Assembly: GCA_000165345.1 (NCBI GenBank)
Contig: CM000436.1
Coordinates: 352,001 to 416,000, forward strand
Reading direction: 5' to 3'
Length of the DNA: 64,000 bases
Below, one piece after another: positions 29,120 to 40,745 of this stretch. The stretch's first letter is position 1. Each line of letters opens with the position of its first letter. The notes below the pieces were generated by a model that did no database searches, had not been told where the DNA came from, and worked only from the letters and a program-made list of their open reading frames with translations. Made by a program: the position numbers and the translations under genes.

Positions 29120-31654
29120 ATGGTATTATGTAATGCAATTGTAGGAAATTATGATGAAAGTAACTTTAAAACTATTCCTGAAAGACTTTTAATGGAGAGG
29201 AGAATGATAATGTCTAGAAGTTCAGATTCAAATAGTATATATATACTATTTCGTGTAATACCGTCTGATAATGACTTGATCCCCAAAGAAAATCAAGGAC
29301 TAGTAATAAATTATTACTCAATGAATAAATCTGAAGAAAATAATAAGAAATATCACTATTTGGTTCCAATCTACAATGATTATAATGTTTTTTGCTATTG
29401 GATTTCAAGTAGGTATTTAAGAATTAAAAAAAAAGAGTTCTGCTTTACAATAAGTGATTTTATAAAAGAATACTGGAAGCAGCCTGTTTTTACTCCAGAA
29501 TTCTCTGAAAATACTTTGATGAGTAATAATAACATTTTATCCTTTGAGAATGTATCAAATGATTATCCGGGTTATAATAGAATAATTAATATAGAAAGGG
29601 AGGAAAATGTTCAAATGATTTGTATCAATTTGAAGTATAGAAATAAAGACTTTATAATTATAGAAAATTTAATTGAATCTGCAAAAGCTTTATTAGCTCC
29701 AAGTTCTGTATTTAATGGAAATAATACAATTAGAGACTTTATTACTGAGGAGCAAGAACAGGTGAATAAATTGGAGAATGAACAGAAACAAGAACAAGAA
29801 CAAGAACTAGAACTAGAACTAAAACAAGAACAAGAACAAGAACAAGAACAAGAACAAGAACAAGAACAAGAACAAGAACAAGAGCTAGAACAACCAGAAC
29901 AAGAACTAAAACAAGAACTGGAACAAGAAAATGAGCTTGATCAAGATCAGGATCAGAAACAAGTCCTAAATATAGAAGAAATGCGTGAAAATGAAGAATT
30001 AGGAAATGAAGTCGACATAATATCAGTTATATCATATAAGAAAGATCAAAAAGTCGCTTCGAACGAATATTCAATGAAGGAAGAAGAGGATGTTTTAAAG
30101 AATGAGATTGATTACAAATCAATGTGCATTTCAACTCAAACAAATAGTAATGAAAATTTACAATTACTTACGATTTGTTCTGAAACAAATGTGAATATTA
30201 CTCAGAATAAAAAACCAAACTCCGTAACTTCAAATTCTTTAGTTGTTAATAGAGAAGAAGTAATTATCAACCAAGTTCCTGAATATAGTATTAAGAAAAA
30301 TACTATATCAAATACTAACGAATGCCAAATTACTAATTCCCCTCTAACTTTGGATGCAGCAATTACTCCCATTACTACTCCAGTTAAAAGAAGTGCCAAA
30401 AATAAAATAAACAATCAAAATAATGAAATTCTTCCGGAAATCTACTCAAAAACCGACATAATTAAAAAAAACTGCTCAGCTATACAAAATTTTGATAATT
30501 TTTCGTCCACAAATAATTTTAATACATGCAAAACACGTAATCAAGTTAACTCATTTTTACCGCCTGACATACAAATTGACACCGGTATAGGTAATACTAA
30601 TCAAATAAATAGAGAAAAGTTAATATTAAATAGAATAGAATCAGCAAGAAAGAATGTCAATTTAAATCATAGAATACACAGTGGAGGAAATTTTTTTGGT
30701 GGATATATTCATGCAAATCGAATCAAAGTACCTAGTGAAAATGGAATTTGTGGTGGAATCAATAACTATAGTATATGTACAAATAATCACATAGGTGGAC
30801 CAATAATCAATAGTAGCAACCGAATTAATGGGAACTATAATGCCAATTTTGATAATAATATTGACATTCTATCAAAGAAATTTAATCGTGCTATTGGCAA
30901 AGCTGACTATTTATTGGAGCAACTAAGCAATAGTGGTGATTCTAATAATAAATTTCAAAGAATTAAGAATGAAGTAGATTCTTATAATGAAAATTATTCT
31001 AATAGAAAAAGTAGACCAGCAAATTCATCTTCTAGTATTATTAACAGTTTCCAAAATCATTCATTTGACTTTCAAAAAAGTGCAAATAATCAGACTTTAT
31101 TTGACAATACATTTAATATTAGAGATGAAATGCTTGAAAAAAAAGTTCAAACATTATGCAATAATCATAATAATAATGATAATAACATTGCAGAGAAAAT
31201 TATCCAAAAAAAAACAAAGAATTTTAATTATACGAGAGAAAGTAACTTATCAATAGTAAATAGTAATCAACTTGAGATAAAGAAAGTTCTTGTAGATGTT
31301 CAAATAAATACTCAGCTTGACGATTCTAACGATAAAAGTGAGAAAAATGTTGATTCTTTGGAAATATCTCAGACTAAATTAAATCATAAAGAAAACTTTA
31401 ACCAAGTAACTGACTTGGAAAAAGTCGCAAAAACTCTTGAAAAAAAAATAGAAACTATAGATTTGGATGGGAAATTGAAAGAATCTGATTCAGTTGAAGT
31501 TGAAGAAGTTGAAATTAGAAGAAGATCAATCATTGATCCAGAATTAGTTGAGGTAGATTTCTATGTAAATGGAGGAAAACTCAAGAGTTCATTTTCAATA
31601 TTAAATATATTACTTAGTAGATGGAGTGGTATTCCCATTGTATCCAAATTATGA
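29120..31654 (+). CDS. Hypothetical protein with (EQ)n acidic repeat
   Basis: 844-aa ORF starting at ATG 29120. It contains an EQEQEQ/ELELEL block encoded by a GAACAA hexanucleotide repeat (about 29787-29900). The long N/S-rich remainder has no recognisable domain. Confidence 0.45.
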   Translation: MVLCNAIVGNYDESNFKTIPERLLMERRMIMSRSSDSNSIYILFRVIPSDNDLIPKENQGLVINYYSMNKSEENNKKYHYLVPIYNDYNVFCYWISSRYLRIKKKEFCFTISDFIKEYWKQPVFTPEFSENTLMSNNNILSFENVSNDYPGYNRIINIEREENVQMICINLKYRNKDFIIIENLIESAKALLAPSSVFNGNNTIRDFITEEQEQVNKLENEQKQEQEQELELELKQEQEQEQEQEQEQEQEQEQELEQPEQELKQELEQENELDQDQDQKQVLNIEEMRENEELGNEVDIISVISYKKDQKVASNEYSMKEEEDVLKNEIDYKSMCISTQTNSNENLQLLTICSETNVNITQNKKPNSVTSNSLVVNREEVIINQVPEYSIKKNTISNTNECQITNSPLTLDAAITPITTPVKRSAKNKINNQNNEILPEIYSKTDIIKKNCSAIQNFDNFSSTNNFNTCKTRNQVNSFLPPDIQIDTGIGNTNQINREKLILNRIESARKNVNLNHRIHSGGNFFGGYIHANRIKVPSENGICGGINNYSICTNNHIGGPIINSSNRINGNYNANFDNNIDILSKKFNRAIGKADYLLEQLSNSGDSNNKFQRIKNEVDSYNENYSNRKSRPANSSSSIINSFQNHSFDFQKSANNQTLFDNTFNIRDEMLEKKVQTLCNNHNNNDNNIAEKIIQKKTKNFNYTRESNLSIVNSNQLEIKKVLVDVQINTQLDDSNDKSEKNVDSLEISQTKLNHKENFNQVTDLEKVAKTLEKKIETIDLDGKLKESDSVEVEEVEIRRRSIIDPELVEVDFYVNGGKLKSSFSILNILLSRWSGIPIVSKL
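29787..29900 (+). repeat. GAACAA hexanucleotide tandem repeat (coding, EQ repeat)
   Basis: (GAACAA)n with GAACTA/GAGCTA variants, in frame inside CDS 29120..31654. Confidence 0.8.
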
Positions 31655-31777
31655 TTCTATCAATACAATAGTATTACTATTATTATAATTTATTAATATA
31701 TAAAAGACGCTATATTATGTTTTTATTTAGACTATTTGGTTATATAATTTATTTTGAATAAGGTATTATTTAATATT

Positions 31778-32689
31778 TTACTTTTTTTTCTTTTTCTTGT
31801 TTAATTTATTTATAATAACTCCTAGTGTAATTAATCCAATAATATTAATAACAGTAATAATCAAAAGAATCCCGAATTCAATTATAGTAGGAAACATACC
31901 AAATTTATTGTTTTGTCTTATACATAACTGTCTTATTGATAATAAATCAGCATTTGAAAGACTTAATGGAGAAGTATTTTTTGGCAGAACCCATATATAT
32001 TGACTAGAATCTTGATGAAATGGATGTTCAAGCATTTTTGCTGTTATTTTATAATAAGTTGGACATTTTTCCAATCCAAGACCAAGTATGGAAATCTCAT
32101 TACTAATAGTCTCAAAGTATTGTCTAGGTTCAATTAATGAAGAATCATCTGGATCCACTGAATATATATGAATAGAAGCTTTATTTTTTGCATCTTCAAT
32201 TTCATTCTTTTCATTGAATATTCTATAGTTAACATAAATAACATCAGAGAAACCATATGGTCTACTAGACTTTGGATAATTTAAAATAATTCTTTGCTCT
32301 TTAGTTGGTCGTTGATTTATTATGATTGGCTTTGAAACTAATCCATTTTCCACTAAGTTATTAATATTCACAAAATTTTTAGTTCCATTGAGTATTAATA
32401 TTAAATAATGACCAGGAACTACGTCATCAGTAATAGTAATTGAATATGATCCGGTATTTGGCATATTCCATCTTTTTAAAGAGATTTCTTTAAGTTTTTC
32501 ATAAATATTGTTATCATTAGAATTCATCAGATTTTTATCTAAAATCAGGAAATCTTGAATTTTTACCAAAGATAAATCAATTATTTGCTCTGGGAAAAAG
32601 TACCAGCTATTCCAATTTAATGCAATACTTTCCTTTTTTGACACTTGGTCATTGCTATTTTCGTATCTTAATTGAGCTGTGTTTATCAT
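31778..32689 (-). CDS. Hypothetical C-terminally membrane-anchored protein
   Basis: 303-aa ORF with ATG at 32689. A single C-terminal TM (ILLIITVINIIGLITLGVII) is followed by KKKKKK. There are several N-x-T/S sites and no signal peptide. Confidence 0.4.
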   Translation of the reverse strand: MINTAQLRYENSNDQVSKKESIALNWNSWYFFPEQIIDLSLVKIQDFLILDKNLMNSNDNNIYEKLKEISLKRWNMPNTGSYSITITDDVVPGHYLILILNGTKNFVNINNLVENGLVSKPIIINQRPTKEQRIILNYPKSSRPYGFSDVIYVNYRIFNEKNEIEDAKNKASIHIYSVDPDDSSLIEPRQYFETISNEISILGLGLEKCPTYYKITAKMLEHPFHQDSSQYIWVLPKNTSPLSLSNADLLSIRQLCIRQNNKFGMFPTIIEFGILLIITVINIIGLITLGVIINKLNKKKKKK

Positions 32690-33403
32690 TACTTCTTATT
32701 ATAAAGAAAACTTGTAATATTATTATTTTTATTGTTTAGCCTGATTAACTTTTGAACAGTAACATTCGAAGCAAAATAAGAGAAAAGAAAAGCGAAAAAA
32801 ATATTGGGATTCTCCTATAGCAAAATGAGTTCATTATTTTGCTTATTCTATTATATTTATTATTTAATAGGAGAAAAATATAAAAATAATCCAATAAAAA
32901 AGATAATTATAATTAATAAAAAAGTAAAAATAAATCCCTTCACAAATATTTCTGAACAAACGAGAATACGTTCATTATCCATTTAAATATTCAAAAATTA
33001 TATTCCTCAGGAATAAAATATATACTTAAAAAATAATAATTAAAGCGAAGACAAGTCATTCTTTTTTTTTTCCTCCTTAAAACATTCTTATACATGTGAG
33101 GAACTCTTACATGCAAATTATTATGACCTTTATTTAATAATTATTTAATACAAATTTCCAAATATAACTTTTTCCAAAATACTAAATTTTTCTTCTATCC
33201 ACATGCAATTGCGTGTTTGCATTTGCATGCATAAAATATGTAATTGCACAAATACCGGTATGTAAGAAAAATCTTATGTGGACAAAAAAATGATATTAAC
33301 GGGTTCATTGAGATAATTTTTTTTTCTTTAAAAAAAAATTAGTTAATAATTGATATAGTAATGAACATATGAAAAATATGAGTTGATAAAGAAAAACGAA
33401 CGA

Positions 33404-34303
33404 TTAGTTGGTGCCAGTAATTCCGTGGCCACGAGTGGAAGAAGCTGTAGATAACGGCTGCTCAAGTTCTGGATTGTGTGTAGGACAGCACTTAAAGAGC
33501 TCCATCATTGCTGATTGGACCTTAAGCTTAAGTTCTTCAATATCCATGTCTTTAGTAACTTGAATTGGATCACCATAAGCAACGTAAGCAGTTCCCAAAT
33601 CAAGAAGAGGTTCTCCTAAGGGCCAGAGAGACCAATTATTATGGGAAACAACTGGAAGAATTTCAGACTCATGCTCAATTGCAAATTTAAAGAAGCCATT
33701 TTTGAATGGCTGTAATCTTCTAAGTTTAGACCTAGTTCCTTCTGGATAAATTACTTGACCAATACCCAACTTTTGAAGTTCTGCGCATCTATTAAACATG
33801 GGTTCAATTGTACCACTCTTGATTCCCCATCCGCCTTTCTCCTTTGTGAAGTAAATTGGAAGATCATAAGTTAATGATATAGCACAATTTACAATGGGTA
33901 CTTTAAGTAAGTCAGCTTTGTATACATATTTAAATTCCCAAGGAAAATGAGTTGAAGAAATTATCCAAGGATCAGCTGTTGATAAATGGTTAGTCATTAT
34001 AAGAGTGTTACTCGGCTTATAGTTTCTTTTCGGCTCCCTAGTTATTTTAACTGTCCAAAAAGGATTTGTCCAAATTACTAGAAGAGCATTCCAGAATCTA
34101 AAAGCTTGTCCCATAATTATTATCTTGAATTTTTCATTATAAAGAAGGTAAGGGAACAGAAATATCCAAAGTAAAATTTGAGTAATTAATCCCAAAATAA
34201 TTGAAATACAAATCATTGAATAAGTGTAAACTGTTACAATAAATCTTAACCATTTTGGGTTTGAAGACTTTCTAATCGAAGTCATTGTTTGCTCCTCTGC
34301 CAT
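33404..34303 (-). CDS. Lysophospholipid acyltransferase (AGPAT/PlsC-like)
   Basis: The ORF-track start 34321 is TTG, and the first ATG is 34303. Acyltransferase motif I NHLSTADPW (H-x4-D) and motif III YPEGTRS are present. The N-terminus has two TM helices. Confidence 0.75.
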   Translation of the reverse strand: MAEEQTMTSIRKSSNPKWLRFIVTVYTYSMICISIILGLITQILLWIFLFPYLLYNEKFKIIIMGQAFRFWNALLVIWTNPFWTVKITREPKRNYKPSNTLIMTNHLSTADPWIISSTHFPWEFKYVYKADLLKVPIVNCAISLTYDLPIYFTKEKGGWGIKSGTIEPMFNRCAELQKLGIGQVIYPEGTRSKLRRLQPFKNGFFKFAIEHESEILPVVSHNNWSLWPLGEPLLDLGTAYVAYGDPIQVTKDMDIEELKLKVQSAMMELFKCCPTHNPELEQPLSTASSTRGHGITGTN

Positions 34304-34516
34304 TCTTTTAAAATTTCTCAAGTAATATCAGCAAGCTCCTGTTAGAATCAATGATTTTCTTCAAATAATTTCCACTGATGAATTAAAAAGAAAAAAGGTT
34401 AATTCCAAATATTCTTTTAAACAACTACAGCTTTATTATTGTTATTATTGCTACTATTATTTTCCCTCTTTTAAGGTTGTAAATTCTTAATGGAAAAATA
34501 GTACCTATTTGGAGAC

Positions 34517-34538
34517 TTGCCCGCCAATTACGTGGGGT
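34517..34538. promoter_or_regulatory. E2F-like TTGCCCGCCAA plus ATTACGTGGGG in divergent AGPAT / primase promoter
   Basis: GGCGGGCAA on the complementary strand, between ATG 34303 (-) and ATG 34906 (+). The primase large subunit is a canonical E2F target class. Confidence 0.35.
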
Positions 34539-34905
34539 ATAAATGTAAATATAAATTTTACATGATAATTGAAAGAAAAAAAAATTGAAAAAAAAAATAT
34601 ATATAATAATATATTGAGATACAAAATTTTATCAACCAAGTTTTGATTATTATTTTAAGCTGGAGATCTCATTTTATTCTTGACTTTTTACAACAAATTA
34701 TCATTTAATGTAATCAAGAAAAAGATATTAAGTTCAAGTAACGTTAAGGGAACACATTAATACAATAATTAAAAGTCAATTATTGTTTTTTCTTTCTTAA
34801 TCTAAAAAAAATACTTATATTAATAATATATATATGTATATTACAGTCCTATATTCAGTAATTCAAGAGAAATAAAGTTTTTCTTCAATTTATTATAAAA
34901 CAATT

Positions 34906-36613
34906 ATGTTATTGGGATCGCATTTAAGAAAAAATCCTATAGAAATCCGAGATTTACAAAAACCATTTAAAAATAGAAATAATATTGGTAAGTTAATCCA
35001 TCAAATTTTTTTTTTTATTATTTAATAATAACATAATTTCAGAATACGATCAAAATCCATACAATGAAAATGTTTTTCAAGAATGCTCTTATGTATTATC
35101 AACTTATGACGATAGTTCTCTCTTTTCATTAAATTTGAACTCATTAAGCATCAATTTATTTAGAGAATATGTTACGGATAGATTGGCAATTCTTCATTTT
35201 ATTGACTCTAAATCGAAGCTCGAAGATAATAATACAAGAACTTTAACAGATTCAACAAATAGATCGTTATTAGAAAAACTTCTTTCTGAAAAAGGATTTA
35301 AATTATTTGATTCTTTAACTCCAATTAATAAAACAAGTCCATCGCATTTAGAAAATTGTTGGAGAAAAGATCTTTTAAGTCATTTCTTACTTAAGCTATG
35401 CTTTATGAACAATAAAGAAAAACAAGAATGGTTTATTGAACAAGAAATTAAATTACTTTTATTTAAATTATCCACAATAATTAATAGTAATTTATTCAAT
35501 CAAAAAAGAGATAATATTAAAAGCAGTAAATCATTTATTATTGAAAAATTACTCAAAATGTATGGCGTCAATTATCCTATTTGGAATTTAGACCAAATTA
35601 AAAATCAAAATAACATTAATGATTCTGAAACTCATCAAGCAAAAAAACTTTGGGAAGATGCTGTTTCTGTTATAACAAATGGACATCTTATTAAAAGATT
35701 ATTTAAAATACCTTTTTGGCCAGATGGATTTAGATTTATTAAAAATAGAAAATACTTCATTAAAGATGGAATATGTTTTATTCCTGACACTGAAATTGAA
35801 TCATTATTTATATATAAATATAAAAAAGAACTAATTAACTCATTTATTAATTTAAAAGAAAATGAAATAATATTAGAAAAAACTATCCTTTCAGATCAAA
35901 GAGTTTCATCATTAATTCGAGAAATTTCAGAATTTTATTTCACAAGTAATGATTTTAGAGGTGGAGGATCATTATTATCATCACCATTTAATTCTTTATC
36001 AGAAAATCAAGCTATTGAAAACTTTAAATTAGATACTTCAAATATATATCAAGTTTATCTTTCTTCATTTCCATTGTGTATGCGTCATCTATTTGAAAGT
36101 TTAAAAAAAGATCATCATTTAAAACATTGGAGTCGTCTTCAACTTTGGTTATTCCTTAAAGGATGTGGAATGAAACTTGAAGAACAACTTTCTTTATGGA
36201 AGTCACTTTGGACTGATGCTAATTCTTTTGATAAAGAAATTAAATATAATATTCGTCATGCTTATGGGCAAGAAGGAAAAAGAAGTAATTATTCACCTTA
36301 TCCTTGCAATAAAATTATTAATGGATTACCTCTTCCTGGAAATGGACAAAATCATGGATGCCCTTTTAAAACTTTCGATAATTATCCATTACAAAAATTA
36401 TTACAAACTTATTATGGTCATATTATACCCAATGAAGATATTAAAAATATTACACAACTTTCTAAATCTGGTCATTATCAATTATCTTGTATACAATTAT
36501 TTAAATCATTGCATTTAAAATCTGACTCTGATGGTATTGGTAATCATCCAAATTCATATTTTAAAAAATCTATTCAAAATCATATTAATATTGAAAATAA
36601 TAAAAATAATTAA
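34906..36613 (+). CDS. PRIM2: DNA primase large subunit (PriL/PRIM2), two exons
   Basis: The ORF-track entry 35135..36613 starts at TTG. An upstream exon (ATG 34906..34987, phase 1) has a GTAAGT donor at 34988, and a TTTCAG acceptor ends at 35042 (55-nt intron). The exons join in frame. The C-terminal Fe-S domain is diagnostic: LWLFLKGCGMKLEEQLSLW...YNIRHAYGQEGKRSNYSPYPCNKII...HGCPF. Confidence 0.8.
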
Positions 36614-36624
36614 TTAGTATTAAT

Positions 36625-39600
36625 TTATAATAATATTTTTATTTTCCAATTATAGTCACCAAAATTTATTTGATTATCATTTTCTTCAAGATTTATTTCT
36701 ATTGAATATAAACTTCCTCTTATTAAATTATTATCTCCAAAATATTTACTTTTAATTAATTTATATTTTAATTTTTGAAAAATTAATGAATTATTATTAA
36801 TAGTATTTTTTTCCAATATTATTTCTTTTGGTTTTATCATTATACCTTTAATTTCTATTTTATTAATTTTTTTATTATATTTATGATTAATATTATTAAT
36901 TTGCTTAAATTTGAATATATCACTTAAATCTTCATCTAATAATGATAATATATGATGATTATCATTATTATAACTCATTATATTATTTTTTAATTTATAT
37001 TCTTTTTCTTTAATATAAATTTCAAATCCAAAATTTTCTTTAAATAATCTTAATTTATCTTTTTGGTAATTTTCATCAAATGTTGATAATAATATATTTT
37101 TCTCCATAATATTATCAATAATATTTAAACAATAATTATCAATATTTTTCTTAAAATTATTATGATATAAAGTAAATATTATATCATCAAAAATATATTC
37201 ATTTCTTAAATATGAATATGTTTCACCATCATCTAAATAAATACTTCCTTCTGAATGTAATGTTAATATATCAATCATATAATTATTATAAACAAATTCT
37301 TCATTTATATAATCATAAGATGTTATTTTTGGAAATAAAATCTTATTTTTAAATTTATTACTATCCAATAATTTACCAGTTAAATATATTATTAATTTTA
37401 TTGGATTTTTTAATTGTTCTTTGCTTGATAATATATTAGATTTTGAAGAATATGGTATAATACTTCCTCCTTTAACAAAATCTGGAGTACTATTCATATA
37501 TTTATTATCAAAATATTGTTTTTTTGAATCAATATACATTTCTTCAGTATATAAATTATACCATATTTTATATAAATAATCTTTATTATTATTATTATAA
37601 TTAAAATTACATATATAATAATGTAATTGTATAATTGTAAATAAATTAAATCCAATCGAATTTATCATAAATGAATCTCCAACCAAAAAACTATTATTAA
37701 TTGATCTTAAATTAAAATCTTTTTGATTTAACCAAAAAAGTGGTTTAATTATTGGAATACCATAAAATGAATATTTAGCTAATAATGTATACCAATATGG
37801 AATTAATGAATATCTTAATTCAATGTACTTTTTTACAATTTTTGATGAAAAAATAAAATCCCTGCTTATTGAATTCATTGAATTATGAATTCTGTAAAAT
37901 GGAAACCATATTCCTAATTGAAACCATCTTATTAATAAATCATGATTAACAATCCCATCAAATCCACCAATATCTGATCCTGTTAGTGAAAAGCCACAAA
38001 TTGCATTTCTAACATTTGTAATAGTTGTATAATAATAATAATTCCGACTAGATTCTGTATCTCCTGTCCAAATATTTGAATATCTATGTGATCCAAACCA
38101 AAATGATCTTGTTAATATAAAAGGACGTCTTTCTCCTTGAAATTTTCTGATTAATCCATTAAAAGCATATTTAACATGATAAAATGAATATAATGAATGC
38201 ACTTGTCTATCATCTAAACCATTATTTCCAAATTCAACTTGTTTAGGTAATGATAATTCTGGTAATTTAAATACTGATGGCTCATTCATATCTAACCAAT
38301 ATCCTATGTTTTCATGTACTTTATACATTTCTTGAAAATATTTGGAATAGTAATTTCCAACATTTTTTGAAAATAAATTCAAATATTTGGATGGTCCTGG
38401 CCAACATTCACCAATAAAATCATAAATTTGATTATTTTTAGGATAAGAAAGATTTGGTATTTTAATCCATGGTGAGTCAAAAGGTCTAGAAATAAATCTT
38501 GAATTACTTATATTATCTTGCTTTATGATTAATTGAATCTGACAATTAACTTTTAAAATTAAAATGGGAAATATTTTAATGATAAATAGAAATCTAAACA
38601 TTCTTTTATAACTTAATGTTATTCTTGAGAAATTTTTATTGCAATACTTTAATTTTTCAAAAAATGAGTATACAAAATAACCTTTATTAATATTAATATG
38701 TGGATCTGAAATAATTATTAAATGTTTATTTTCATCTTTTAATTTCTGGATCATTTTATTCATATTTGGAAAAGCTGTTTTATTCCATGTAAAATATTGT
38801 TTATCAAAAGTATGTTCAATATCCAACCAAATACTATCATATGGTATATTATTTTTCTCTAATAAATTTTGAATAGTATATACTCTATTTTCACTTGTAT
38901 ATTCCCATTTACTGTAATGAAATCCTAAAGAAAATCTTGGAGCAAAATATGGAAATCCCATAATAATTCCTAAATTATAATATAATTCTTCTAATTGTGT
39001 TGAAGTTAAAATCACCAAATCAAGAATTCCAGTTTCAGAAACCCACCATGTATCCAAATATTTTTCTGAATTAAAATTATTCATTTTATTAATTTTTACA
39101 TATGTATCGGAAGGATTAATCCATAATATACTAGAAAATAAAACTTGATTTTTTTGTTCATGATCAAAATCACTGATAGAAATTAACATAGGAGAAGAAC
39201 CATATATTGGATCAGTTGAATTGAGTTTGTATTTATAATTGTCAACATTATAAAATCTATAAGGTTCATCAAAATCTTGCAAATTTAATGAAGTTGTTTT
39301 TTCTGCTAATCCATATGTATCATTACATGAATGTATTTGAATGTCAGTTCCTACAGCAGTTGGCCCATAGTATTTATAATCAACAAAATTTTCAAATACT
39401 TCTTGCCAAATACCCCTTGAATATATATCAACAGAATCTATAATATCAATAATATCTTCTCCAAAATAAAGAATATTTTTAATGCTTTGCTTTAAACGTT
39501 TATAAAAATTGAACCATTTGAAATTTTTAAAATTATATATTGTTTCTTGTAATACATCTTTATAGCTATTTATATTGATTTTACGATTAAAATGAGTGTT

Positions 39601-40332
39601 TATTGTATTAGTTTGGGAATGAATTCTTCCACTCCTGTCAAAATTAAAGAATTGATTACCATTAATAGTAGCAATTTTCTTATTACAAAGAAAAGATTCT
39701 ATTTTGAAAGGATTTAACTGTATCTCAAGAATATATTTACAATTATCAGTTTCCTTGGATTTTTTGTAAACAATTTCTCTAATAATAGTCATTTTTATTA
39801 GGTTTTTACTCATCTTGATATGAATATCAGAATCTTCTTCATTGATTAAATACCCCCCTACCAAGTTATCTTTAAACATTACTTCTTTTCCAACTTTAAA
39901 TCTTTTATAATCTGATAGTCCTGTACCAGTATCATCAATTTGAAGTCTGAAAAACCCTAATTTGAATATAAATAAATTACATTTTAAAAATGGAATTTTG
40001 GGATAATTTGTATTCTTCAATTCAAAATATAAAGTACTACACTCTTCTGAATTTCTTAAATCCAAGTTAGAATTTTTTTTACTTAATTTACAATTTTTGA
40101 AAAATTCCAATTTTTCTGGATTTACCGACCATATTGAATTAATTGCATCTTTTTTCTTATTATCTCCATTACTATTAGATTTTTTCCTAATATATTCCAC
40201 AAACTTTCTATATCTAAGACAAAATGCGTTTTCTTTACATTTTTTAAATTTCGTCTCATTCGAATTGTCAAAGTTGATTATAAATAAGAATAAAGCCCAC
40301 AAAAAGAATGAAACAGAACCAAACTTCATCAT
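36625..40332 (-). CDS. Glucosidase II alpha subunit-like glycoside hydrolase family 31 (signal peptide)
   Basis: 1235-aa ORF with ATG ATG at 40332. It has a signal peptide. GH31 blocks are present: DEPYRFYNVD, DSIWLDIEHT (approx. DIEHT), GYWLDMNEP (nucleophile region), and RRPFILTRSFWFGSHRYSNIWTGD...GSDIGGF. Confidence 0.8.
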   Translation of the reverse strand: MMKFGSVSFFLWALFLFIINFDNSNETKFKKCKENAFCLRYRKFVEYIRKKSNSNGDNKKKDAINSIWSVNPEKLEFFKNCKLSKKNSNLDLRNSEECSTLYFELKNTNYPKIPFLKCNLFIFKLGFFRLQIDDTGTGLSDYKRFKVGKEVMFKDNLVGGYLINEEDSDIHIKMSKNLIKMTIIREIVYKKSKETDNCKYILEIQLNPFKIESFLCNKKIATINGNQFFNFDRSGRIHSQTNTINTHFNRKININSYKDVLQETIYNFKNFKWFNFYKRLKQSIKNILYFGEDIIDIIDSVDIYSRGIWQEVFENFVDYKYYGPTAVGTDIQIHSCNDTYGLAEKTTSLNLQDFDEPYRFYNVDNYKYKLNSTDPIYGSSPMLISISDFDHEQKNQVLFSSILWINPSDTYVKINKMNNFNSEKYLDTWWVSETGILDLVILTSTQLEELYYNLGIIMGFPYFAPRFSLGFHYSKWEYTSENRVYTIQNLLEKNNIPYDSIWLDIEHTFDKQYFTWNKTAFPNMNKMIQKLKDENKHLIIISDPHININKGYFVYSFFEKLKYCNKNFSRITLSYKRMFRFLFIIKIFPILILKVNCQIQLIIKQDNISNSRFISRPFDSPWIKIPNLSYPKNNQIYDFIGECWPGPSKYLNLFSKNVGNYYSKYFQEMYKVHENIGYWLDMNEPSVFKLPELSLPKQVEFGNNGLDDRQVHSLYSFYHVKYAFNGLIRKFQGERRPFILTRSFWFGSHRYSNIWTGDTESSRNYYYYTTITNVRNAICGFSLTGSDIGGFDGIVNHDLLIRWFQLGIWFPFYRIHNSMNSISRDFIFSSKIVKKYIELRYSLIPYWYTLLAKYSFYGIPIIKPLFWLNQKDFNLRSINNSFLVGDSFMINSIGFNLFTIIQLHYYICNFNYNNNNKDYLYKIWYNLYTEEMYIDSKKQYFDNKYMNSTPDFVKGGSIIPYSSKSNILSSKEQLKNPIKLIIYLTGKLLDSNKFKNKILFPKITSYDYINEEFVYNNYMIDILTLHSEGSIYLDDGETYSYLRNEYIFDDIIFTLYHNNFKKNIDNYCLNIIDNIMEKNILLSTFDENYQKDKLRLFKENFGFEIYIKEKEYKLKNNIMSYNNDNHHILSLLDEDLSDIFKFKQINNINHKYNKKINKIEIKGIMIKPKEIILEKNTINNNSLIFQKLKYKLIKSKYFGDNNLIRGSLYSIEINLEENDNQINFGDYNWKIKILL

Positions 40333-40745
40333 CCAAAACTTGTCTTTAAATTTAATAACTTTGTTTTTTGCATTGAAACTGCTTGTTTGTTATTGTCTTT
40401 TATTCATGTGAGAATACTAATTTCAATATAATGGAGTGAAATTTTAAAAATATTTTTTTTTAAATTTAATTATTCTCATAATTTGTAGCGCTCTAATAAT
40501 TTTTTAAATTTTTTTCGATTATAATAAATCTTTCTATAATTCAATCAAAATGCTCCATTTTTATACAAAAGAACTTTATATGATTTCTAATTCTTTAACC
40601 TTTATCCTCATCTTCTTCCTTTCTCATTCTTCTAGTATCACTATAATTTGTACTTTAAATTTAATAATTCATACAATTATTTTTTAACAATATTCTTCAC
40701 GAACTCTTTATTAGATTATTTAGATTTTTTTTTCTTTCAAATCAT

